Shown in pieces: positions 20,298 through 29,687 of a stretch of 39,837 bases of DNA. The position numbers and the translations under genes are program-made. Under the pieces are notes generated by a model. It was not told the origin of the DNA and did no database searches. It saw only the letters and a program-made list of their open reading frames with translations. Source of the DNA: Parcubacteria bacterium C7867-002 (GTDB taxonomy: Bacteria; Patescibacteriota; Minisyncoccia; Phycocordibacterales; PALSA-1337); contig LFCL01000023.1 in the NCBI GenBank assembly GCA_001189105.1, positions 5,562 through 45,398 of the forward strand, in the 5' to 3' direction. How positions within the stretch are numbered: the first letter of the stretch is position 1; each line of letters opens with the position of its first letter.

Positions 20298-20306
20298 TGT
20301 GGATAA
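20298..20306. promoter_or_regulatory. DnaA box
   Basis: TGTGGATAA, a perfect consensus; a degenerate copy follows at 20309-20317. Confidence 0.5.
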
Positions 20307-20326
20307 CAAGTGGGTAACCTTTGCAC

Positions 20327-21538
20327 CTACTGAGCACTCGCAATGTTGTAGATCGGAATCAAGACCGAAGCCAAGAGTACCGCTACCCCACCTCCCAACA
20401 TCACGATCATCAACGGTTCAATGAGTGACACGAGAGAATCAACCGCTGTGGTTACTTCACGGGTATAGAAACGTGACATGGTTTTCAAAATCGACCCAAC
20501 CTCTCCTGTCTCTTCACCCACTTTCATCATTTGTACCATGATACCGGGAATCTCGTGAGGATTACTGGAGAGAGACTCAGACAATGTCTTACCTCCCGTC
20601 ACTTCAGTAACTGCTGTAGCAAGAATATTCTCATACACTTTATTATTGATAACCGTCGAAGTGAGTTCCAATGCGCGGACCATAGGGATACCAGAGATAA
20701 GCATGGTGTTCATGTTATCTGCAAAGCGTGAGAGATAGAGCTTTTTGAACAAAGTGGAAACATATGGAATACCGAGCATAGTCTGATCGTACATCATCCT
20801 TCCTGCTGGAGTACGTACAAAGCGGACAAAGAAGAATCCGCCGATCAGGGCTATGCCGAGCAAAATAAATCCATATTCGAGCAAGAAATTACTAATACCA
20901 AGTACGATCTGGGTATATACGGGTATCTCCTGTCCTGATTCTGTCAAAATACTACTGATTTTGGGAATAACCATCGTAAACATCAGGACCATCACGGTAA
21001 TAAAGGTAACCACGATAAAAGCCGGGTATATCAGGGCGCCTTTTATTTTTGAAGAAAGTTCGTAGGAACGGTCAAGATAGTCAGCCAAATATTGGAATGT
21101 TTCGTCGAGTTTACCGGATTCTTCACCAGCCTTTACCATGTTCACATAGAAACTCGTGAACACTTTCGGATGTTTGGCCAGCGCATCGGAAATCGGACTT
21201 CCCGCCTGGAGATCGTCGGCGATGACTTGCATTTTTGATCCCAACACATGGTTCTCTGTTTCTGATGCCAACAAGCGGAAGATACGGAGTGCGGAAATTT
21301 GAGCCTCAAACAATGTCGAAAGTTGTCGGGACAAAATCACCACATCCTTGTTGGAAATACGGTCAAAGAGCGCAATGTTCTTACTAAAGAGAGAACCCCC
21401 AGCTCCCGCTTCGACAATCGAAGTCAATGTCAAACCTCTGCGTTGCAGAGAGGAGATCGCCACTTCGGAATTAACCGCGTCGATGGAGCCAGTTTTTTTG
21501 GCTCCCGTAGTATCGACAGATTCGTAGTTAAATAACAT
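20327..21538 (-). CDS. pilC: Type IV pilus platform protein
   Basis: Two GspF-type repeats: AGEESGKLD...ALIYP and VGEETGEV...LIEP. Confidence 0.96.
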   Translation of the reverse strand: MLFNYESVDTTGAKKTGSIDAVNSEVAISSLQRRGLTLTSIVEAGAGGSLFSKNIALFDRISNKDVVILSRQLSTLFEAQISALRIFRLLASETENHVLGSKMQVIADDLQAGSPISDALAKHPKVFTSFYVNMVKAGEESGKLDETFQYLADYLDRSYELSSKIKGALIYPAFIVVTFITVMVLMFTMVIPKISSILTESGQEIPVYTQIVLGISNFLLEYGFILLGIALIGGFFFVRFVRTPAGRMMYDQTMLGIPYVSTLFKKLYLSRFADNMNTMLISGIPMVRALELTSTVINNKVYENILATAVTEVTGGKTLSESLSSNPHEIPGIMVQMMKVGEETGEVGSILKTMSRFYTREVTTAVDSLVSLIEPLMIVMLGGGVAVLLASVLIPIYNIASAQ

Positions 21539-21558
21539 AAGATAAGTATAGCAGATAA

Positions 21559-21596
21559 TTGTATATCATCCCCACTTTCACGGGGATGATATACAA
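21559..21596. repeat. Perfect 15-bp inverted repeat between pilT and pilC
   Basis: ttgtatatcatcccc-actttcac-ggggatgatatacaa. Confidence 0.85.
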
Positions 21597-21600
21597 AGGA

Positions 21601-22659
21601 TCAGATCATTCTCTCCAACGTCTTCGGATTCAACGAATTCATATGAGCACTCTCTACCGTGATCTCACCGGAGCGGACAAGTTCTGCAAGTGAACGGTTC
21701 ATATCGATCATACCTTCTTGTGAACTCGTTTCGATAACCGTATTGATCTCATAGGTACGACGTTCACGGATGAGGTTAGAGACTGCGCTATTGTTAATCA
21801 GTAATTCATACGCGGGAATCAAACCTCCTGACATACGGGGGATCAAACGCTGAGAGAAAATACCTGTCAACGAACTGGCGAGCTGCACACGGATCTGATC
21901 CTGTTGACCAGGCGGAAACGAATCGATAATACGGTCAATCGTTTGAGCAGCATTGTTGGTGTGTAATGTTGAAAATACCAAGTGACCTGTTTCGGCCGCT
22001 GTTACGGCAGTAGAAATAGTAGTAGCATCGCGCATTTCACCCACCATACACACATCGATGTCTTGGCGGAACATCGCCGTCAGAGCACTTGTAAAGTCAG
22101 GAGTATCGATACGAACTTCACGTTGATCGATAATGGATTTTTTTGATTCAAATAAATATTCAATCGGATCCTCGATGGTCATGATGTGTTCCGTGCGTGT
22201 CTGATTAATCATTTCAATAAGTGTTGCCAACGTAGTGGTCTTCCCTTGACCGATCGGTCCCACTACCAGGAAAAATCCTTGGGATTTACGTGTGAACATA
22301 TCCAAGATCACCGGCAAGTTGAGTTCCGGAAGAGTACGGATGGCTTTGGGAATCAGACGGAGCGCAATAGCAATTGATTCCTGACGACGAAAGGCATTGC
22401 CACGGAAACGTGCGTTCTGGAGACTATATGAAAAGTCGACATCCTTGTTTTTCTCCAACAACACCTGATTTTCACCTGTTAGGAATACCTGACAAAAACC
22501 CTTCATATCTTCAGCCGTCAATACTGATTTTTTAACCAGGGGAATAAGTCCCCCGGCCACACGAATGATCGGTGGACGACCCGACGACAAGTGAAGGTCG
22601 GACGCACCTTCTTTGAGAAGCAGACTCACCAATTCTTCAATTTCTTTTGCGTAATCCAT
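21601..22659 (-). CDS. pilT: Pilus retraction ATPase
   Basis: ASDLHL, GPIGQGKTT, TIEDPIE, GEMRD, AAETGHLVFSTLHT, AVSNLIRE. Confidence 0.96.
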   Translation of the reverse strand: MDYAKEIEELVSLLLKEGASDLHLSSGRPPIIRVAGGLIPLVKKSVLTAEDMKGFCQVFLTGENQVLLEKNKDVDFSYSLQNARFRGNAFRRQESIAIALRLIPKAIRTLPELNLPVILDMFTRKSQGFFLVVGPIGQGKTTTLATLIEMINQTRTEHIMTIEDPIEYLFESKKSIIDQREVRIDTPDFTSALTAMFRQDIDVCMVGEMRDATTISTAVTAAETGHLVFSTLHTNNAAQTIDRIIDSFPPGQQDQIRVQLASSLTGIFSQRLIPRMSGGLIPAYELLINNSAVSNLIRERRTYEINTVIETSSQEGMIDMNRSLAELVRSGEITVESAHMNSLNPKTLERMI

Positions 22660-22681
22660 ATGTATATAAATAACTGATAAT

Positions 22682-23119
22682 CTATTTTTTCTTATTCGCC
22701 CAAATCTTTTCTGCCTCTTTGAGGACTTCGGAAGGGATCGTCGTCGCCTTTACAATGTACCCATCAACATTGAGGCTTTTTGCTCGGGCAATATCTTCGG
22801 ATGAACCCTGGTTTGTAAGCATAATCACTGTTGTGGTTGGTAATAACTTTTCTTTTTTAATCCGTTCCACAAACTGCAAACCATCCATGCCCGGAATCAC
22901 AATGTCCACCAACATAACATCAGGCTGATACCCTGCTGTGACTAGTTTGAGGGCTGCATCGGTTGAATCTATGGCTTTTACATCGTACCCAGCTTTGCTG
23001 AATTTGAGTGTATACATATCCAGCAGGAACTTATCATCGTCAACAAACATCACTTTTCTACCTGCAGCTGTGGTAGGTTGTTCTGTACTCGAAGATGATG
23101 TAAGAGGAGCGTCATTCAT
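22682..23119 (-). CDS. Single-domain response regulator (CheY/PilH-like)
   Basis: VDDD, phospho-acceptor MLVDIVIPGMDG, LTN, YIVK; no output domain. Confidence 0.93.
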   Translation of the reverse strand: MNDAPLTSSSSTEQPTTAAGRKVMFVDDDKFLLDMYTLKFSKAGYDVKAIDSTDAALKLVTAGYQPDVMLVDIVIPGMDGLQFVERIKKEKLLPTTTVIMLTNQGSSEDIARAKSLNVDGYIVKATTIPSEVLKEAEKIWANKKK

Positions 23120-23131
23120 ATCATAAGTATA

Positions 23132-24862
23132 CTATAGTTTATTCACCTCTTCGAATGGAATCTTCTTTTCAAATGCCTTGATAATCGCATCCTCTTTGAT
23201 AGTAATCATGCCCTTGGCACGGAGAATCTTGGTAATCTCTGTTTCTGTCGGGGACTTGAGGATAGCCTGTTCAATCTCTTTGTCCATTTCGAACATTTCA
23301 AATACCGCCATACGTCCCCGAACTCCTTTTGGAGATTCTGGTGTTGGCTTGATCTTGTAGACCGTATCTGAGAATTTAATATCTTTTTTATATTGCTCAG
23401 GTAAATCCGCGAATTGTTCATCGATCATTGCCTTGATACTTCCATCCACCTTCACCGGCTCTCCCCCACCAGGCACCAACATACCGGCCAACCGTTGACC
23501 GATCGAAAGGATAAGGGTTGGTGCAATCAAATACGGATCAACTCCCATGTCGATCAAACGCGGGATAACTCCTGCCGCACTGTTGGTGTGGAGTGTAGAA
23601 AACACCAAGTGACCAGTAAGAGCGGCCTGAACCGCCAACTGCGCTGTTTCTTTGTCACGGATTTCTCCCACCATGATAACGTCCGGGTCCTGACGCAACG
23701 TGGTACGAAGACCGGCTGCAAAGGTGTACCCAATTTCAGGACGAACCTGAGACTGACTGACTCCTTCCATGGAGTATTCCACCGGATCTTCCAACGACAG
23801 CACGTTATAACTTTCACGATCAATTTCCGAAAGAAGCGAGTATAGAGTTGTAGATTTTCCGGAACCGGTCGGACCAGTTACCAAGATCATTCCGTATGGC
23901 TTGTTGATAGCCGCGCGAACCAATGCCAGATTTTTTGCAGAGAACCCGACTTGTTCCAACGTTCGCACGCCTTTGGCTTGATCCAAAATACGCATCACCA
24001 CCTTTTCACCATGATATGCAGGGAACGTGGATACACGGAAATCGATACGACGACCATCGATACGTGCCGAGAAACGTCCGTCCTGAGGCTTACGCTTTTC
24101 GTCGAGACGCATATTTGAAAGCACTTTGATACGAGCCACTACAGCAGAGTGAACCTGTGGAGGGAGTACTAGACTGGTATTCAAAACACCATCCACACGG
24201 AAACGCACACGGACTTTGTCGCGCATGTGTTCTATGTGCACGTCGGATGCCTCTCCTTCTACTGCATAACGAACGATCGTAGCCACAATTTTGACCACGG
24301 GAGCATCTTCGACGATCAGAGTGTTTTCTTCTCCTGATTTTCCCGAACTGGTACCTTGTGCCTGCGTATCAGGTTTTACTGATTCGGTTTCTACTGACAA
24401 CTCTGTTTCGAGTTCGGAAAGAGCCTTGGAAACCTCTCCCGTCATACCCTTATAGGTATCGATTACTTTTTTAAAGTCATCGAGCGTAATCAGGAATATC
24501 TTATAGGGAATATTTTTTTGCGCTGCCAAAAAGTTCAACGCATCACGCGCCTCCATATTGTCCGGATCAGTAACACCCACTTCGAGCGCACCTTCTTTGA
24601 GGCCGATAGGGGCAAAACCGTAGGTCAGGGCTGATTCTTCGGGGATATAATCGAGCGCTTCGAAAGGAATCGAAACATCTGCCAAGGAACGCACGGGGAT
24701 ATTCAAAAATTCACCACGGGCAGCGATAATATCCTCAGGTTTTACTCCTTGTGATATCAGGGCCTCCTCCAAACTAGTGCCTGCGCCGGTTTGTTTCCGA
24801 ACCTCGCGAATGGCCTCTCTGGTAAGTAGGTTTTTTTGAAGTAGAATGTCGAGGACAGACAT
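23132..24862 (-). CDS. pilB: Pilus assembly ATPase
   Basis: ASDVHIE, RFRVDGVL, PQDGRF, GPTGSGKSTT, LRQDPDVIMVGEIRD. Confidence 0.96.
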   Translation of the reverse strand: MSVLDILLQKNLLTREAIREVRKQTGAGTSLEEALISQGVKPEDIIAARGEFLNIPVRSLADVSIPFEALDYIPEESALTYGFAPIGLKEGALEVGVTDPDNMEARDALNFLAAQKNIPYKIFLITLDDFKKVIDTYKGMTGEVSKALSELETELSVETESVKPDTQAQGTSSGKSGEENTLIVEDAPVVKIVATIVRYAVEGEASDVHIEHMRDKVRVRFRVDGVLNTSLVLPPQVHSAVVARIKVLSNMRLDEKRKPQDGRFSARIDGRRIDFRVSTFPAYHGEKVVMRILDQAKGVRTLEQVGFSAKNLALVRAAINKPYGMILVTGPTGSGKSTTLYSLLSEIDRESYNVLSLEDPVEYSMEGVSQSQVRPEIGYTFAAGLRTTLRQDPDVIMVGEIRDKETAQLAVQAALTGHLVFSTLHTNSAAGVIPRLIDMGVDPYLIAPTLILSIGQRLAGMLVPGGGEPVKVDGSIKAMIDEQFADLPEQYKKDIKFSDTVYKIKPTPESPKGVRGRMAVFEMFEMDKEIEQAILKSPTETEITKILRAKGMITIKEDAIIKAFEKKIPFEEVNKL

Positions 24863-24868
24863 AATGTA

Positions 24869-25162
24869 TTAACGGACTGGTTCAAACGGATTAGGACGAC
24901 CAACGTTTTGAGGTGGAATAGGTACTGAAAAATCTCGAAGAGTCTGATATACGGGTGAACTAAAAATCGAAGGGTCTATCTCGATAGCATTGATCTGATT
25001 CAAAAGAGCCAAGACTTGTGCCCCACTATTGTCAGACATGACCGAAACATCCCCTTGAAGCAAGGCCGAATCATCGACACTGGAACCACCTTTCATGAAA
25101 AAATAGCCCAATGCCGCTAAGATCAGAACTACGATAATGATGATGGTGGATTTATTATTCAT
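24869..25162 (-). CDS. Small membrane protein at the PilP position
   Basis: N-terminal TM and C-terminal GRPNPF, like the PilP R(D/N)PF motif; start ATG 25162. Confidence 0.65.
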   Translation of the reverse strand: MNNKSTIIIIVVLILAALGYFFMKGGSSVDDSALLQGDVSVMSDNSGAQVLALLNQINAIEIDPSIFSSPVYQTLRDFSVPIPPQNVGRPNPFEPVR

Positions 25163-25166
25163 ATGA

Positions 25167-25751
25167 TTATTGGCGGAGCCAGTATGTTTTAAGTTCGACC
25201 CCAAACTCATAGACTCCAGTGTCCTGAGTCTTCAGACTGAGTCTGGTGATATCCATAATTCTTAAATTGGATTCGAGATCCTGAAGAAAACTAATAAATT
25301 CAAGATACGGTGCAGTAACAGTAAATGAAACCGTGACTGTATCCAAAACCGGTGCTGTTATATCACTCGCACCGATTTGGGACGTATTTACAATACGCGG
25401 AGCAGAAGGAACAGTGCCTTGTTGAGTAACCGGTGCAGTAGCTTTTATATTTTTAAGTGCGAAACCATGCTTTGCGGCAATATCCTTCAGATCGATCACC
25501 AAACGAATATTATCGACTGTACTTGGAATCATTTTATCGAGATTGATACGGTCAATCTCTGAGACTTCCTTGTATTGAGCCAAAAGATTGTCACGGACTC
25601 GTATCAAAGCAATAGCATTGTCGATCGCCTTTGAGTACTCGTCATTGACTGCCTTAATAGCTCTGGCTTGAGCCAATTGACCACTCGTAAAGGTAAAGTA
25701 AATACCGATAGAAAGAATGACGAGTATGACAGCTGTTGAGTTTCTATTCAT
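25167..25751 (-). CDS. pilO: PilO-like alignment protein
   Basis: TM plus coiled coil; Y.EF..FLQDLESNLRIMDI; synteny. Confidence 0.8.
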   Translation of the reverse strand: MNRNSTAVILVILSIGIYFTFTSGQLAQARAIKAVNDEYSKAIDNAIALIRVRDNLLAQYKEVSEIDRINLDKMIPSTVDNIRLVIDLKDIAAKHGFALKNIKATAPVTQQGTVPSAPRIVNTSQIGASDITAPVLDTVTVSFTVTAPYLEFISFLQDLESNLRIMDITRLSLKTQDTGVYEFGVELKTYWLRQ

Positions 25752-25754
25752 AGG

Positions 25755-26420
25755 TTATGGTTGGGGATTTACGTCTGTTGGCGCAGCAGACGGAGTGACT
25801 GATTTTGAATACAACAACGTCTGCGGATTCATTGATGCAGAAAAATCGAACGACACAACGTTTTTATCGTCCTCGGTCGGATCAGACAGAATAGGATTCT
25901 TTATAATATCGCGAAGTCCATACTGTTCGAGTTCGCCCAATACTTGGGACTGGAATGCCACCGTACTGAGATCGAGACCTGTACCCTTCATAGTGATCTT
26001 GATATCAGAACCTGTATTGGCCCCCGTACCAGTAGATAGTTCCATATTTGAAAATCGGACCTTCTCGACCGTAAGACGACCAAGTGACTCGAATACCTGG
26101 GAAATAGCCAGATGATTCGCCATAAGCTGGCGAGCAGTATTGATCTGCACGTTTACCTGTTTGAGATCACGGATAAGACCGAGATCGAACTGTTCCTGTC
26201 TTTGACTGAGTTGTTCTTTGTATGATTTTTGATCGGCAATCAGGACAAACTTCCATGCATACAAGCCTCCTGCTGCCGCAATAGAGAGAATAAAGATAAC
26301 GGTCGCCAACGTCATCACGATACTCGAAGGAGCACGGCGGATGACGGGGACATTTCCTGCCATACCTGTTGGACTGACAGGTTTCTTGGGAATAAATGAG
26401 GTTTGAAATTTAGTTTCCAT
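25755..26420 (-). CDS. pilN: PilN-like alignment protein
   Basis: TSFIPKK N-terminal motif, TM, coiled coil; between pilM and pilO. Confidence 0.75.
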   Translation of the reverse strand: METKFQTSFIPKKPVSPTGMAGNVPVIRRAPSSIVMTLATVIFILSIAAAGGLYAWKFVLIADQKSYKEQLSQRQEQFDLGLIRDLKQVNVQINTARQLMANHLAISQVFESLGRLTVEKVRFSNMELSTGTGANTGSDIKITMKGTGLDLSTVAFQSQVLGELEQYGLRDIIKNPILSDPTEDDKNVVSFDFSASMNPQTLLYSKSVTPSAAPTDVNPQP

Positions 26421-26486
26421 AGTTCCTGGAAATTATACCAGTAAATAGGCAAACCAACATCTGTGCATAACACTACGGACCCGGTA

Positions 26487-27587
26487 TTACTTGATTTCGG
26501 ACAATTTTCGAAGCGCCACGCCGATAGCTACAGCAAATTCAGGACCAGCCTGGGCAAATTCTTCTGCCAAAAATGCAGGTGTTTCTAATTTTCCAAAAGG
26601 ATCGGCATATGAAACATCCATTTGGAAGCTGATTTTTGCCAAATCAGTGAAACCTTTGAGTAACACGCCTCCGCCAGTCAAAATAACCTTGTTTACGTTT
26701 TTACCGAACTTCTTTTGATAGTTAAGCAGGGTTGCATTTGCTTCATAAAACGTATAATCGAGATTTACCGTAATGATTTCAGTTAATTCTTTGTATTCCG
26801 GACCTCCTTTAAGTCCGTACACTCGCTTCATAGTCTCTGCTTGACTGACGGAAATAGAGAGTGCTTTTGAAAGCGTGAGGGTGATATCCTGACTACCTTT
26901 ATTGATAATATGACTGGCACGCAACATGCCACGTTCTACGATATACAGTTTGGTGGAACGTGCTCCCATATCGATGATCATCACGGTATTCATACCCTGC
27001 TCGACAACAGCACGAATGGAACTAAATACTTCTATTTCGTAAAAACTTGGCTCCAATGCACTTCCTGCCATAATCTCTTGATACCGAGTTATGTATTCGT
27101 TGTGGATAGCCACAACCAGTACATCATGACCTTTTTTCTCAACCTTACTATTCTCATCATCGGTGACGTATGCTTCTTCTTTTGGAATCAGAGAATAATC
27201 GAGCAGCACTTCATTGAGAGGTACGGGAATATACTTTCGAGCTTCGATGGATACCACATCACCAATCTGTTTTTCAGGAACAGGAGGAATGGTAAGGAAT
27301 GTAATGAGACTAGCGGACATGGGCAATGTTGCACCACATGATTTGGTGGTAGTTTTTGATTCACGAAGCACGTCCTTGAGTGCCATAATAAGCTGGTCAT
27401 TAGGAAGACCTACAGCACGCCCTACCTCTATGTTGGCATAGGGTCCAAGGGCCAATTCACCATATGTTTCGAGCACGGCGCGCCCGTGTTTTTTCTTCAA
27501 CTGAACAACCTTGATGGATGATGAACCAATATCAACACCAAGAACACTCGATTCCCCTTTGAAGAAAGACGAGAAAAATGAAGCCAT
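26487..27587 (-). CDS. pilM: Type IV pilus actin-like protein
   Basis: GVDIGSSSIKVVQL, EARKYIP, IDMGA, ILTGGG, AVAIGVALR. Confidence 0.96.
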   Translation of the reverse strand: MASFFSSFFKGESSVLGVDIGSSSIKVVQLKKKHGRAVLETYGELALGPYANIEVGRAVGLPNDQLIMALKDVLRESKTTTKSCGATLPMSASLITFLTIPPVPEKQIGDVVSIEARKYIPVPLNEVLLDYSLIPKEEAYVTDDENSKVEKKGHDVLVVAIHNEYITRYQEIMAGSALEPSFYEIEVFSSIRAVVEQGMNTVMIIDMGARSTKLYIVERGMLRASHIINKGSQDITLTLSKALSISVSQAETMKRVYGLKGGPEYKELTEIITVNLDYTFYEANATLLNYQKKFGKNVNKVILTGGGVLLKGFTDLAKISFQMDVSYADPFGKLETPAFLAEEFAQAGPEFAVAIGVALRKLSEIK

Positions 27588-27616
27588 ATAGTTAGTATAT
27601 ACTATAATCTATCGAT
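27588..27616. promoter_or_regulatory. Back-to-back divergent leaderless promoters for pilM and comF
   Basis: 29-bp gap; minus-strand TATACT (27594-27599) 6 nt from the pilM ATG; plus-strand TATAAT (27603-27608) 8 nt from the comF ATG. Confidence 0.7.
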
Positions 27617-28360
27617 ATGTCTCTAGTTCAACACGTATATAAGATATTGTTGGACGCACTCTTTCCTTTATCACCAGAGGAACGGGTTCTTTTTTCGTAT
27701 TCTCCTGAAAAAGCGTACGGTGAATTACCTCGGGCACCTCGTCATGTACAGACTGAGATACCTTCGATTTTTGCCTACAAAGATGAACGGGTGGCGAAGT
27801 TGGTGTGGAATATTAAATACAAGAAATCAAACCATGCTCTCGCTATTGGCGGATATGCGGTGTATCAAGAGCTGATTAAGCTCCCGGAATGTATGCCACT
27901 TTCTTCCAAACAAGAAATGCTTCAAGTTCACCAACTTACCACTTCATTTGGTTTGGAAGAAAGTGGTACATATCCCCTGAGCTCTTCGATAATTCTGATT
28001 CCTATTCCCATAACTGCGAAGCGGCGACGGGAACGTGGGTTTAATCAGTGTGAATTACTCTTGAAGGAAGTAGAAAGATTGGATATTCACAAGAATTTTA
28101 TAATACGAAATGATGTACTCATTCGCACACACCACAATGAACGACAGACACTGAAGGATCGTGAGCATCGACTGAAAGATGCGCGGGGTATTTTTTCGGT
28201 ACATGAAAAAGTGTTGGCAGATATCATATCCACCAACACTTCTCCCTTATTTATCGTAATCGACGACGTGATCACCACGGGAAGTACCATGACTGAAGCA
28301 ATGGCAACACTAAAGAAAGCAGGGTGTACGAATGTCCGAGGCGTATCTCTGGCACACTAA
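27617..28360 (+). CDS. comF: ComF family competence protein (PRTase-like)
   Basis: IKY, IPIP...RERGFNQ, IVIDDVITTGSTM, LAH end; stop overlaps the tyrS stop. Confidence 0.92.
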   Translation: MSLVQHVYKILLDALFPLSPEERVLFSYSPEKAYGELPRAPRHVQTEIPSIFAYKDERVAKLVWNIKYKKSNHALAIGGYAVYQELIKLPECMPLSSKQEMLQVHQLTTSFGLEESGTYPLSSSIILIPIPITAKRRRERGFNQCELLLKEVERLDIHKNFIIRNDVLIRTHHNERQTLKDREHRLKDARGIFSVHEKVLADIISTNTSPLFIVIDDVITTGSTMTEAMATLKKAGCTNVRGVSLAH

Positions 28361-29550
28361 ACGATTATCTTTACAAAGCGACGCTTCCCTACTTTGAGAA
28401 CCATGGTTTCGGTTGGAATAAAGTTCGGATCAGTGATTTTGGTATCATCATTTTTAACTGCCCCATCGAGAACCAGGCGACGCCATTCGGTCTTTGAAGG
28501 TACGATTTCGGCTTTGACCAAGATATCTGAAAGAGATTCTCCAGGACGAAGAGTGACTTCCTGAACATCTTCAGGAACGCCTTTATTTGAAAAGGTTTTA
28601 ATGAATTCTTCTTCTGCTTGTTGTGCCGCGGCTTCACCGTGAAGGCGCTTGACGATATCACTGGCAATGCGTGCCTTGGCTTCACGAGGACCTTGAGCCA
28701 TCAATGCATCTTTTTGATCCAACGGGATACGGGTGCAGTTGATGAAAAGTGGATCAATCATCGCATCAGGCAATGCCATCAATGCACCGAACAGCTGTGC
28801 TGGACTCTGGTCAATAAACACACCAGTGCCATTTGATTTTGACATAAGTTCTCCAGTAACTGGGTTTGCGACGAGGTTGAGAGCAATCACAAATTTATCC
28901 TTATCCTTAATACGCTTCAACAAGGTACGTCCTGCAAGCGCATTGAAGATCTGATCGGTTCCACACAGTTCCGCATCTACATCCATTGCAACACTGTCAT
29001 ACCCCTGGAGGAGTGGATATAAAAATTCATGAAGATATATAGGCGTACCGATCTCAAAACGCTTTTCGAACATATCGCGCTCCAACATCTGTTGCACCGT
29101 AAAGTTTGCAGAGAGTTCGATAATCTCGGCCATAGTAAGCTTCGATAACCATTCTGAATTGTATTTGATCTGGGCAGGATTTTCCTTGTCATCAAAAGAA
29201 ATAAGAGGCTTGATCTGTCTGACCCAATCGGAAACATTGTGTGCGATCTCTTCGGATGAAAGCTGTTTGCGTGCCACGCCTTTGCCACCCGGATCACCCA
29301 CGCGCGCAGTAAAATCTCCAAACAAAATAATCACCTCATGACCGAGCTGTCGAAGTTCTTCCAGAAAAATAATATTCTTTGCATGACCAAGATGAATAGA
29401 GGTATGTGTCGGATCGAGACCGTAGTAGATCTTGATACGCTCACCGGATAAAAGTTTCTCCATCAATTCTTTCTTTGAAGGAAATGCTTCAACCAGAGTG
29501 CCTCGTGCACACATTTCCTCTATTCTCTTCACGTCAGTGATGATCTTCAT
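28357..29550 (-). CDS. tyrS: Tyrosine--tRNA ligase
   Basis: GLDPT..SIHLGH, GDFTARVGDP, YPLLQGYDS, GTDQIFN, LMSKS, S4-like C-terminus; start MKIITD at 29550 after TGGTAGAAT. Confidence 0.98.
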   Translation of the reverse strand: MKIITDVKRIEEMCARGTLVEAFPSKKELMEKLLSGERIKIYYGLDPTHTSIHLGHAKNIIFLEELRQLGHEVIILFGDFTARVGDPGGKGVARKQLSSEEIAHNVSDWVRQIKPLISFDDKENPAQIKYNSEWLSKLTMAEIIELSANFTVQQMLERDMFEKRFEIGTPIYLHEFLYPLLQGYDSVAMDVDAELCGTDQIFNALAGRTLLKRIKDKDKFVIALNLVANPVTGELMSKSNGTGVFIDQSPAQLFGALMALPDAMIDPLFINCTRIPLDQKDALMAQGPREAKARIASDIVKRLHGEAAAQQAEEEFIKTFSNKGVPEDVQEVTLRPGESLSDILVKAEIVPSKTEWRRLVLDGAVKNDDTKITDPNFIPTETMVLKVGKRRFVKIIV

Positions 29551-29596
29551 AGGTCTGGCCATTCTACCATTTTTTTGATTTCGGAAAAGGAGTAAC

Positions 29597-29630
29597 AAAA
29601 AAACTCCAACATGCGAACATGCTGGAGTTT
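29597..29630 (-). terminator. Intrinsic terminator of the two-gene cassette
   Basis: AAACTCCAGCATG-ttcg-CATGTTGGAG followed by a T run. Confidence 0.8.
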
Positions 29631-29687
29631 GGAGACCATAGACAGATCGACGTGATCTGAAACAATGGAACCCCGAGGAATACGTTG

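Noticed and set aside
20298-20317. Replication origin
   Set aside because: Only one perfect and one weak DnaA box in a short gap, with no dnaA/dnaN context
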